64,000 bases of DNA from Octopus bimaculoides (Eukaryota), in NCBI RefSeq assembly GCF_001194135.2, contig NC_068986.1, positions 61,908,772-61,972,771 of the forward strand, read 5' to 3'. Position numbers and translations under genes: made by a program. How positions within the stretch are numbered: position 1 is the stretch's first letter; each line of letters begins with the position of its first letter. Below are positions 49,770-61,250 of the stretch, piece by piece. Under the pieces are notes generated by a model. It worked only from the letters and a program-made list of their open reading frames with translations. It made no database searches and was not told where the DNA came from.

Positions 49770-50120
49770 AACTTCGACCTCTTCTATTCATCAGATATGA
49801 GAAAAGCTACAGGAAAATCAGGGACGAAAAGTCTCCGGGTCTAACAACATTACAAACATATGTCAAAGGTCTGAAAGAATTATTGCAGTCTTCAAAGTCA
49901 AGACAAGCAAATTCCCCAGATTATGGAGACTGAGATAGTCACCATGGTTTTAATGCCTCCAGAAAATCCAACTAAAGCAAGAGTAATACCAACCAAATCC
50001 ACTGTCTCTCTTCTTAACTACAGGACATCAAATACATCACTCAATAATGTAAACATACCACATAGATACAAGATAAAAATACTAGGAATTAGATACAACA
50101 CCTCCTCAACTATCACAGCA
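49770..50120 (+). mobile_element. Highly decayed Jockey/I-like RT fragment
   Basis: Frameshifted traces of KSPG.NNIT, IP.LW..EIV..VL.P..PT and the ...SLL region. Confidence 0.3.
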
Positions 50121-50529
50121 CACATATACTCACATTCATCATCAACCAGCCTTTCACTCTTGTGTACCATTCATATGGCCACATCCTTACTCTATCTCTA
50201 ACCATTTCTCACTTTCTCTTTACACTCTTGCAACCTCTACCATCCATCCTTTCTGTTCTGTCGTCTCTTCTTGCATCTGTTCACCTTCTTGCACTTTGAG
50301 GACTCACGCTAACTGTTTCTCCTCACAATTTTTTCTTTCTTTCCAGTCCCATCCTGATTACTCCCATTCACTTTTAAATAATTCAAGGTATCGATGAATC
50401 TCCTCTACAGCATGAAACCTTTACCTGCCTCGTCTTTCATACTTTAACCTCACAACACTTAACATAGAGCCCCCCACTTACCTCACTAATATAGGTATTA
50501 TGAGAAAAGCACCCAGTACACTCTGTAAA

Positions 50530-53210
50530 TCATCATCATCATCATTTAACGTCCATTTTCCATGCTGGCATGGGTTGGACAGTTTGACTGAAAACTGGTA
50601 AGCTGGGGAGTGCATGAAGTTGCAATCTGATTTACATGGTTTCTATGGCTGGATGCCCTTCCTGATGCCAAACACTCCAAGAGTGTAATAGGTGCTATTT
50701 ACATGCCAGTTATGAAATACTGGCATCAGCTATGACTATGATCTCATTTGGCTTGACAGGTTTTGTCAAGCCTGGTATATTGCCAAAAGTCTTTGTCACT
50801 TCCTCTGTGAGGCCCAAAGTTTGAAGGGTGCTTTTTTTACATGCTAGCAGCATGGGTCCCAGTTCCGTGACACTGGCATTGGCAATGACTACTATTTCTC
50901 AAGCACAGCATATTGCCCAATGTTCAAAAGGTACTTTTTACGCACCAGTTCTGCAACACTGACATCAGCCATAAACTGAGATTTCACTTGGCTTGATGGG
51001 TCTTCTTAAGCGTGGCATATTGCCAAAGGCCTCAGTCACTTGTCATTGCCTTTGTAAAGCCCAGCATTCGAGGATCTTGCTTCACCACCTTGTCCCACGT
51101 CTTCTTGGGTCTACCTCTTCCACGGGTTCCCTCCACAGTTAGAGATGGGAACTTCCCACAGCTGTCCTTGTCTATATGCATCACATGACCATACCAGCAC
51201 AGTCATCTCTCTTGTGCACATCTGATGCCTCTTATGCCCAACTTCTCTCTCAAGACGTACATGCACACTGACGTTGCACATCCAGTGAAGCATACTAGCT
51301 TCATTTCTTTCAAGCCTTCACATGTCCTCAGTAGTCACAGCTCATGTTTCATTGCTGTGTAGCACAGCTGTTCACCCCCAGGCATTGTACAATCTGCCTT
51401 TCACTCTCAGGGAGAGGCTCTTTGTTACAGAAGTAGGGTCTCTCTAAACTTTGCTCAGCCTATTCTTGTTCTAGCATCTATGCTCTTGGAGCATCCACCT
51501 CTGCTACTGACTTGGTCACCTAGGTAATGGAAGCTACCTACTTCTATTTTCCCCCACTGGCATTTGATGGAATCTATTTTCTATAAATTTTTGGTGTTAA
51601 TCATACCTGTGCACTTCCCACACACAAAAACTATTTTCCCAGTTAACCTTCCTCTCACATTGCTGCATCTCTTCTGTGTCCATCGCTTGCACTGGGCACA
51701 TCTTATGGAGTTACTATCATACCTATGCTTTTTCTACAGATTGAGCAGGGCTTTCTACCTGAAGGGAGTTGTGATTTGTCTGTTCTACTTAAGACTTCAG
51801 TTTTTGCTAGATTAACACTAAAAGGCCTTTTGATTCTAAACTTTGCTTCCATGCCTGAAATTTCTTCTCTAGTTTTGGTAGTGATTCAGCTACAAGAACA
51901 AGATCATCAGCATAGAGGAGCTCCCAGGGGCAGCCTGTCTTAAATTCCTCTGTTATTGCCTGGAGGACTATGATGAACAAGAGAGTGCTGAAGATTGATC
52001 TTTAGTGAATCCCTTACTTGTACCATGAATTCATATCTATATTTGTTGCTAGCCTTTATCTTAATGATAGCATCCCTGTACATGGCTTGTACAGCTCTCA
52101 CCAATCAGTCATCTACCCCTAGCTTCTGCATTGACCACCAGATAAGAGAGCAGGGGCTTTCTTCATGTCAACAAAAATCAGGCAGTTGCTTAACCAGGAA
52201 TATAGCATCTGTTGTGCTCCTGCTTGGCACAAATCTGAACTGCATCTCATCTACATTAACTGTCTTCCTAATTGATTGAACTATGACCCTTTCTGTGACT
52301 TTCATCACCTGGTGCAGCAATTTGATGCCTCTGTAATTATTCTTGTCTAAGGTGTCACCTTTGCCTTTTTACCAGTTGACTATAATACTGCTGCACCAAT
52401 CAATGGGTATGACTCCCTCATGGATAACCTGATTAACTATATGGGTGACTAGGCTATATCCTACTCTGCCAGATATTTTAAGCATCTCAGTTGTGATTCC
52501 TGATGGGCTGGGGGCTTTCCTTGTCTTCATATCCTTAATTGCTTCATCTACTAAGTTACTGTTGATTCATATAGCTGGTCCCTTATGTGGGTCAACATTT
52601 GGCAGACTCCTTCTCCCATTCATTCTCCATGTTTAGTGGCGTTTCTAAGCCTCTTTCTTTGCAGAATCATTAAATGCAAGTGTACCGTCATCAAAGCAGA
52701 CACATTTCTTTCCTATGACATCATGATTTTCCCTCACAGTCCAAAACACTTCAAGTCTCTGGTCCTCACATTGCAGAACATAGGCAAACTTCTTTTCTGC
52801 TTCTCTCCTAGCTTCCCCTATGGTGATCTTATAGTTTCCTGCTGCCCCAACACTTCTAGTCCTTCCAGGCCTGTTTCTTTGCTCTAATGGCCTTGTCTGC
52901 AGCATCATTCCACTACCACATCACCCTCGGTCTGGATGAGACTTTGCACCAGCCACAGATTTGGTCTGTGACACTCAGCAAGCTGTCCCACAGGAATTCC
53001 CAGTTGCCCCCTATGTGATAGGCCTGTAGTTCTTCCTCTGTCAAATTTCTCAATTAGGGTGTTCCTAAATCTCTGACCATATAAAGCTTCCAAATCCTTC
53101 TTTTCCAGATTGGTCTGCTTCTTGGCATCCTTCTGGCCTAAAGTCTAAAGTCACTAATGACTAGTTTTTGCTGGGGGGTGGGGGGTACATTCTTCACCAG
53201 GGAAGGTCTT
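50530..53210 (-). mobile_element. RTE LINE (PHD family), about 2.7 kb, antisense in RASSF intron
   Basis: Runs from the end of the endonuclease (KTFPGEECTP..LVISDF) through RT and PHD to the (CAT)n tail at 50530. Confidence 0.88.
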
Positions 53211-53699
53211 TGTATTTATGAGGTGGTTGACATTAGAAAGTGCATCCAGCCATTGAAACCATGCCAAAGTAGACATTGGAGTGTGGTATTAAAAAGACAA
53301 TGACAGTAAACAAAGCAAAATGATTTGTCCAACAAAAAAGAACAATAACAGTAATATACAAACAATACATTAGATTTGTCATTGAATATCCAGGTTCTGT
53401 CACTGTCCCAATTGCTCCATAATAAATCACAAAGAACACACAAGCTAATGAGAGACCCTCAGCATGGTTGCTCGATCTGCTAGAAAAAGCAACGAAATGT
53501 CCATTAAGAAAAATGACAATTGTCATTTTCTGATAGTTCACCTTGTTAGCTTCTGTTATTGCTATTGTGAATCTATAGGCATACAGAAATAGTGGATAGT
53601 AGAGGGGGTAAGACCTAGCTCCTTTCCAATTTAACCACTAAGTATGGTCCTTAGCTACACAGAGACCTGGTGTATATGGAATAATGTTCATGCCATATC

Positions 53700-53903
53700 T
53701 AGTCAATTAAACCAGCCATATCTGGCCCAAATGTTCTACCTGTTTTATGTTCAAACTGGCCTCTCTCACCTACCCTGCAATGTCATTCTAAAAATAATTA
53801 CATCTTCAAAATCTTGAAGCTACAAGATAATATGATTAATTTTTAAAAATGTTGATAAATAAGCATTACATTTGATAAATTAATCTGAATGCTAAAGGGT
53901 TAA
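53700..53903. mobile_element. Partial MITE ending AAAGGG|TTAA (piggyBac-like end)
   Basis: Right end gaatgctaaagggTTAA; left terminus not recognisable. Confidence 0.4.
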
Positions 53904-53957
53904 CTTACTACCTAGACGATATCTGACACAATTAAGAAAATATTGAAGGAATTTAAA

Positions 53958-54350
53958 TATAGGCACAGGCATGACTGTGTGGTAAGAAGCTTGCTTCCAA
54001 ATCACATGGTTCCAGGTTTGGTCCCACTGCATGGCAAGTGTCTTCTTCTATAGCCTCTTTGTGGGTGGATTTGGTAGACAGAAACTGAAAGAAGCCTGTC
54101 ACAGATACACACACACACACACACATGTGTGTGTGTGTGTCTGTTTGTCCCCCACCATCACTTGACAACAGGTGTTGGCATGTTTATGTCCCCATAACTT
54201 AGCGGTTTGGCAAAAGAGATCTATTGAATAAGTACCAGGATTAAAAGAAAAACGTACTTGGGTCGATTCATTCAACTAGAAGTTCTTTAAGGTGGTGTCC
54301 CAGCATGGCTGCAGCCTAATGACTGATGTAAAAGGAAAGATAAAAGATAG
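53958..54350 (+). mobile_element. tRNA-derived SINE (family B)
   Basis: Homologous to 39715-40020; internal (CA)/(TG) repeat; ends taaaaggaaagataaaagat. Confidence 0.75.
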
Positions 54351-54549
54351 TAATTTGAACTGCTTGAAGTAAACTAATTTCTCTCTAAAAATCATTTGTT
54401 GTCTATGAAAACTAGCTGTTACAAACACAGATGGCTATTATAGATTGAATGAAGATTGCATTCTAATATGCTTAGTTTGTTATATAAATATAGAGTAGTA
54501 ATAGAAATCAAAGATATGACACTGGAAAAAGCAAATGTTATGTAATGGA

Positions 54550-54640
54550 CTTCATTAGCTTACAGCTATTTCTGTTATAAGATGTGGTGGACTCTTAGTT
54601 GAGTATCAGATTAACATCCTATAGTTTCATCAGAGGAAAG
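54550..54640 (-). ncRNA. Degenerate hammerhead-like motif (AGCT-loop family)
   Basis: CTGATGA-aac-TATAGGATG...CATCTTATA-aca-GAAAT-AGCT-GTA; 9-bp inner stem II; weak stem I. Confidence 0.5.
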
Positions 54641-54858
54641 TTGCATTTTCAGAACATACCGGATTTATGAATGAGAAAGTTTATATTGAATGGCTATGAA
54701 GTTCATTACATACCATTTGTTTTTTCCAGTGTCATTTCTTTGTTTTATATATATATATNNNNNNNNNNNNNNNNNNNNNNNNNNNNNNNNNNNNNNNNNN
54801 NNNNNNNNNNNNNNNNNNNNNNNNNNNNNNNNNNNNNNNNNNNNNNNNNNNNNNNNNN

Positions 54859-55150
54859 AAAATTTAAAAGTGCGAGTAGAGCAGTGTACACACGATACTC
54901 TAAGGTCTCATCTATTATTGATTAGGTTAGGGTTATTTCTAAGTTTAAAAATTTCATATATTTCCTTAGAACATAATTCACATCCATATCTACTATTTCT
55001 ATAAGGTTGAGCTTTTCTTATAATTTCCCATTTAAGGCTAAAACTAATACCATTATCTTTTAACTCCCAAATTTTATTTGCTAATGTCGTACTATTTGCC
55101 TTATGTCTTAGTCTAAAAGAAGACCTATGGTTATATATTCTCTGTTTCTT
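54859..55150 (-). mobile_element. Naiad-type GIY-YIG C-terminal half
   Basis: RIYNHRSSFRLRHKANSTTLANKIWELKDNGISFSLKWEIIRKAQPYRNSRYGCELCSKE...NLINNR*DLRVSCVH. Confidence 0.75.
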
Positions 55151-55154
55151 TTAG

Positions 55155-56250
55155 AGTAGAAATACTCATGATACAGCTAGCACGATAACAACGCCGGTAA
55201 ATGAAGTTCGGACTGCTTTATGTACAAATAAAAATGATGAATGCTTATGCAGGGATAAATCAAAATGTCCTTTGATGAATCTCTGTATGAGTACAAATCT
55301 TATATATAAATGTACCATGCACATAAGGGGAGGGCCCTATGTTTACATTGGGCAAACAGCTGATTCATTTAACAATCGTTGTCGTAATCATGTTTCCAGC
55401 TTTAGGTCAATCAATATGAGACATTCGACATCTTTGGCAGATTTTATATGGTGACTGAAGGAGGCTAATATGAAATACTACATTACTTGGTCCATAGTTA
55501 GACATGCAAAACCATACAGTGCAACTTCCAGGAGATGCCGTCTCTGCTCCAAGGAATCCCTGTCTATTCTGTGGACTAATGAAAAGATACTTAATAGAAT
55601 TTCTGAAAGACTATCGAGATGCCTACATGCCTATAAATGTACTTTTGCACAATGCCGTGATAATGAATTTTGAGTAACCGTTAACATAGTGTAATTTTAT
55701 TTTATTTTACTTTAAAGTATGGATGACTTAAATTTACTTTAAACCTCTCTGTTCTTCTAAACACCTACTAAATATCTAATTCGCTTTGTAATTATGAGTG
55801 CGTCTAACCTTGTGTGTGCGTATACTCATATTTTTGCTAATGCTTGTATGAGAGTGTGTACTCGTGCCATGCTGCTTGCCCAAGAGCGTTTATACCTCCA
55901 TATCGATTAATGGTTATGTTCAATACTTTTCTGGATTACGTGTTCGTTTCTCTTTTTGTCTTCTGTAATTTTATTTTTGGATCTTTTATATATATGAAGA
56001 ATTTTCCTCCCTCTGGTTGTTTTTCTCTCTACAAAACGGAAAGTTGCATTATGGAACAGTCATTTTAACGAGATTTTTTATTTATTTATCACCCGACGAG
56101 ATGCATCTGCACCAGTGGATACTCCTGAACCAGTTTTTGTGTGTCCCACAAGAGGAGTCGATGCTAGATATGCCAAAACAATTGTTGTGATTAATAATAT
56201 ATTCTTGTATATTCCATCTTCTGTCTTTCATTTGTTATATGACGATAGCC
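55155..56250 (+). mobile_element. Naiad-type PLE 3' end: GIY-YIG + 3' UTR + hammerhead
   Basis: CLCRDKSKCPL..C..NLIYKC..YIGQT..F..R..NH..SF..STSLADFIW*LK..W.I..AKPY..RCRLC.KE; then a hammerhead at 56082-56197 and a T-rich tail. Confidence 0.8.
56082..56197 (+). ncRNA. Type I hammerhead, decayed core (U4C, G12A)
   Basis: Stem I ttatttatcac/gtgattaataa (10 of 11 pair), core CCGACGA, long stem II (actcct/aggagt), AAAAC-AATT-GT-T palindromic stem III. Confidence 0.65.
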
Positions 56251-58468
56251 GTCCACTCATGACTGAAGAAGACCATTGCTGACCTTCAGGAACATTGTGC
56301 GTTCTAGGATTAACTTATATTTTGCATTTGTGGCTCTGTTAGTGGCTAATGAGCCCTGCTCTTGACAAACATACACGACTGCAAACATTGCAGACCAAGC
56401 TTTCCCCATTCACTATACGAGCCATGCGCTTTTGTGCAGCTTGCTTAANNNNNNNNNNNNNNNNNNNNNNNNNNNNNNNNNNNNNNNNNNNNNNNNNNNN
56501 NNNNNNNNNNNNNNNNNNNNNNNNNNNNNNNNNNNNNNNNNNNNNNNNNNNNNNNNNNNNNNNNNNNNNNNNNNNNNNNNNNNNNNNNNNNNNNNNNNNN
56601 NNNNNNNNNNNNNNNNNNNNNNNNNNNNNNNNNNNNNNNNNNNNNNNNNNNNNNNNNNNNNNNNNNNNNNNNNNNNNNNNNNNNNNNNNNNNNNNNNNNN
56701 NNNNNNNNNNNNNNNNNNNNNNNNNNNNNNNNNNNNNNNNNNNNNNNNNNNNNNNNNNNNNNNNNNNNNNNNNNNNNNNNNNNNNNNNNNNNNNNNNNNN
56801 NNNNNNNNNNNNNNNNNNNNNNNNNNNNNNNNNNNNNNNNNNNNNNNNNNNNNNNNNNNNNNNNNNNNNNNNNNNNNNNNNNNNNNNNNNNNNNNNNNNN
56901 NNNNNNNNNNNNNNNNNNNNNNNNNNNNNNNNNNNNNNNNTCAATACTCAAGATATCAGCTGTCCTCAGGACCTGTGTGTCTGGAATTTTTGAAGTCCAG
57001 CCAACATTGAGAATGTGTCTGAGACATCTCTGATGAAAGCATTCAAGGACCCTTACCTGACGTTTGTACAGAGTCCATGTCTCACATGAGTAGAGGAGCG
57101 ATGTCAGTACACATGTACGGTACACAGCAACTTTTGTTTACCTTGCGATGCCATGCTGGGACCAGACACGAGACTGAAGAGACCGGAAGGAATTAGTTGC
57201 TCTCTGCAACCTGAAAGATATTTCCTCATCCAGGGAGCAAGAATGGCTGAGCGTGTTGCCCAGGTAGACATACTTGTCTACTACCTTCAGAATTGTTCCT
57301 TCAACAAAGATAGCTGGTTTCACATATGGATTTCCTGGTGCAGGTTGGAACATTACAACAGTCTTGTCCAGGCTAATGCTGAGTCCAAATGCCTTGCAAG
57401 AAGTAGAAATGCAATTCATGAGTATTTGCATGTCATCCACTGTATGAGTGACTAAGTCACTGTCATCTGCATAAAGGAGGTCACGGATAATAGACTGGAG
57501 AACCTTTGAATTGGCAGCAAATCGGCGAAGATTAAAGAGGCGGCCAGATGATCAATATCTGACATATATTCCCAGAGAGCTAACCTTAGCAAAAGCATGA
57601 GTAAAAGCAGCAGCAAAGTACAAAGAAAAGAGAGTTGGGGCAAGGATGTCACCCTGCTTGACACCATTCTCTACAGGAATGGTTCCTGCTATGCCACCAC
57701 CAACATTGACCCAAGCCTCTATCCCATCATGAAATGATTTAATTATAGATACAAAGTGATCCAGACATCCAAGTTTGCCAAGTATTTTCTATAGAAAGGC
57801 CCTATTTACAATATCAAAGGCTTTTGTTAAATCAATGAATACCTGGACAAGATCCATATTCTGCTCATAGCACTTCTCCTGCATCTGTCTTGCTGTGAAA
57901 ATCATATCCATTGTCCCTCTACCAGATCGGAAGCCACATTGAGATTCAGATAAGACATCATTTACGAGACACCCATTCAGATGGGTAAGAAGAATATTTG
58001 CCAGAACCTTGCCAGCAGCTGATAGTAGAGCAATACCTCTGTAGTTACCCACACATTGTTCTGGTTCCTTTTCCTTTATAGAAAGAGAGAGAATAATTGC
58101 ATCCTTCCAGTCCTTAGGGATTGCACCATCCCTCCAGACTGCACTAATAAGTTCATGAAGGGACTGTGTGATGTAATTACCACCAAATCGCAAGACCTCA
58201 GCACAAATTCCATCCTTTCCAGGTGCCCTACCAAGATTCAATTTACTTATTGATGTCATTACTTCATCTATTGAGGGCGAAGAGTCTAAGGAGCCAATAA
58301 TAGGTCTTTGTTGCATAGTATCAATTACTGTTTCATCCACAACTGATTCATGGTTTAGGAGTTCAGAGAAGTGTTCAATCCAGGGACCTGTGATTTCTGT
58401 TGATTTAGTAAACAAAGTGGAAGACTCCTTGGAAAGCAAAGGAGCTGATGTGGAGCTCTTAGGTCCAT
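56250..58468 (-). mobile_element. RTE-BovB-like LINE, 5'-truncated
   Basis: APGKDGICAE, SQCGFRSGRGT.DMIF..RQMQEKC..FIDLTKAFD, LLYADD, YRTCVL..LLYSCETW, C-terminal CNVCSRVCLSRAGLISH. Confidence 0.9.
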
Positions 58469-61047
58469 AAACAACAACATATACAAATAATCCAGAAAAA
58501 TACGTGACTACAGGAAACTAACACTGACAATAATAAAAGCAGGAAGTACCATTATTTCCCTTCCCAATGTTACATGTCTGTACAGAATGCATTTAAAAAA
58601 TAATAGGTTAACACACAAAAATAAGCTCTGTAGACTTGATACAAAAAGAAATCTTGATTCTGTAATACAGTACTAATGACACTAAGCACTTCCTTTATGG
58701 AATTTATCATTACTCATGACATTGATGTAGCAATAATTCAGGAAACTTTTTATACCATAACACTGAACATCCACCATTTTAAATTATAATCATCTTTAGA
58801 CAATGGAAGTAATTTTTATAACATACATAAACATGTTGCATTCAGTGTCACAAATAACATTTGTAAACTAAGAAGGAACAATACTACTCTAGAAACACAG
58901 GCTTCTAAATAAAAACTGGCAACATGATGTATATTATTCTGTTATGTGTTTCAGCCCTAAGGCTTAGACACCGCCATATTAATAAACATATATTCAATAC
59001 CACAGCTATAGTTCATTCATAGTTCACAAACGCTAGTATTGATAGGAGACTTCAATGTTCTCTTGTTTACAAATAATACAGGTAACAAGAAAGAGTGATT
59101 TTAATGTCATTGCAATTACACATCCTTTATATCCTAAGCAGTTCACATCTGCTTTTATTCATACACAAATATATTACCAAATTAACTACAACTTTTCCTT
59201 GAACATTATCTTCTGTTCCACACACCTAACTATCACAATCACTTAGCGAACAATTCTACAACTTTCATCATATCATCTGCCAATTATTGCAACACAGTTA
59301 TACATCAGTGAAGAAAGTAAAAACACTTTTACAAACCTTAATAAAAGCTCAATAGAATGTGTTCTACAAAGAAAACAGAATCAAAGTTTTCAGAATTAAC
59401 CAACCGTCAAAGACACTGATTCAGCAAAATAATTGTATATAAACAAAAAAACTAAAAAAAACCCCAACAAATATCCCACAGAGCAATCTAAAAAATATAA
59501 TTTTAGTTACATACTAGCATAGCCAACCTCATAAAAAAACAAAACAGAAATAACTTCAAACTCAATATATCAATGCAAGCATATAGAGATAGTTTAGACC
59601 ATGTGATGGAGAGAGTACTGTATGCCAAAACTATCACACTGTACCTCATACAATTCATCACTGTATGTTGGAAGTTATGTTGTTATTATCTTAGTGGAAG
59701 TATGGTATAACTGGAAAGATGGATCCATAGGCTGTACTTTGTTGTCAATCAGAGCTGACCTGGGCTCCGCAAGAACAGTATAAGAAAGAAAGAAATTTGA
59801 TATAGATTCACACTTATTTAGTTAAAATCAAGACTAAATAAAAAGAACATATTTTAAAATGAATATTTTTGAGAGAAAAAGAATACATTAGTATCTTGTA
59901 GGAGTTTAGAATTGATGCTACTTTTACTATAGAGGGAAGGAGAAAAATAAATACAACAGGAAACAGTTTGATTTGAATTTTACCTAATGGTTTTGTATTT
60001 TATAATATGATTATTCTTTTCTTTTTTTATAAGATGGATATTCAATTTCTACTATATTGTTATTTACTCTTTATTTTGCTTCTAACTACTTTTTTTTTTC
60101 TTCAGGTAAGTCAATATTTATGAAGATTTTTCGGGTAAGGTTGAAATCTTATGATCCAGGGCATTTTCCATGAATGTTGAGAATAAATTTTAGTGAGGTG
60201 CTATTGCAGAACACTCATTTGTAACCAGTTGTAACTCATTGGCCTGCAAAATTTAAAACTGTTAGAGCAGTGGCTGAGCTTAAACTTTTAGCCCTGCATT
60301 CAGGGTTGAAAGCTTTTGTTAACAGTTATTTCTTTAAGTACACATAACATCCTGTTTGTATCAGTTGATCTTCTTACCCTCATTAAAGTGTTAGTGTCCT
60401 ATAAAAAAATAGTATTCCAATAATNNNNNNNNNNNNNNNNNNNNNNNNNNNNNNNNNNNNNNNNNNNNNNNNNNNNNNNNNNNNNNNNNNNNNNNNNNNN
60501 NNNNNNNNNNNNNNNNNNNNNNNNNNNNNNNNNNNNNNNNNNNNNNNNNNNNNNNNNNNNNNNNNNNNNNNNNNNNNNNNNNNNNNNNNNNNNNNNNNNN
60601 NNNNNNNNNNNNNNNNNNNNNNNNNNNNNNNNNNNNNNNNNNNNNNNNNNNNNNNNNNNNNNNNNNNNNNNNNNNNNNNNNNNNNNNNNNNNNNNNNNNN
60701 NNNNNNNNNNNNNNNNNNNNNNNNNNNNNNNNNNNNNNNNNNNNNNNNNNNNNNNNNNNNNNNNNNNNNNNNNNNNNNNNNNNNNNNNNNNNNNNNNNNN
60801 NNNNNNNNNNNNNNNNNNNNNNNNNNNNNNNNNNNNNNCATTATCTTACTTTCTATGGGTATGATCTATTGTACAAATTGTTTTCTCTTAGCAATTATTT
60901 TTGTTTGATAGAGAAAAAATAAGGAATGATGTGGCTTGTGAAACTTATTGAAAAATATCATTGATTAGAACCAGGACAAATTCAGAGATGAAAACGTGCT
61001 TGGTTAAAAATACAGGACATTGCATGTATATTATCTACTTGTTTCTA

Positions 61048-61250
61048 AGGTGGTGAGCTGGCTGAAATGTTAGCATGCCAGGTGAAATGCTTAGCAGTAT
61101 TTTGTCTGTCTTCATGTTCTGAGTTCAAATTTTGCTGAGTTCAAATTGCCTTTCATCTTTTCGGGGTCGATAAATTAAGTACCAGTCGATCTAATTGACT
61201 GGCTCCCTCCCCCAAAATTTCAGGTCTTGTGTCTAGAGTAGAAAAGATTA
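61048..61250 (+). mobile_element. tRNA-derived SINE (family C)
   Basis: aaggtggtgagctggctgaaatgttagca head, gagttcaaatt B-box-like motif, cctttcatcttttcggggtcgataaattaagtaccagt body. Confidence 0.6.

Noticed and set aside
55135-55154. Apparent splice acceptor (tctctgtttcttttag) in frame with the GIY-YIG ORF, suggesting exonisation into RASSF
   Set aside because: The tract is the reverse complement of the neighbouring GIY-YIG coding fragment; its phase 0 does not match the phase 1 RASSF donor, and the frame contains a stop.
55452-55454. In-frame TGA in a Naiad GIY-YIG (and another in the 54859-55150 piece) as selenocysteine, since some Naiads are selenoproteins
   Set aside because: Neither TGA aligns with a conserved Cys (contexts IW*LK and NR*DL); simple decay such as CGA to TGA explains them, and no SECIS was recognised.
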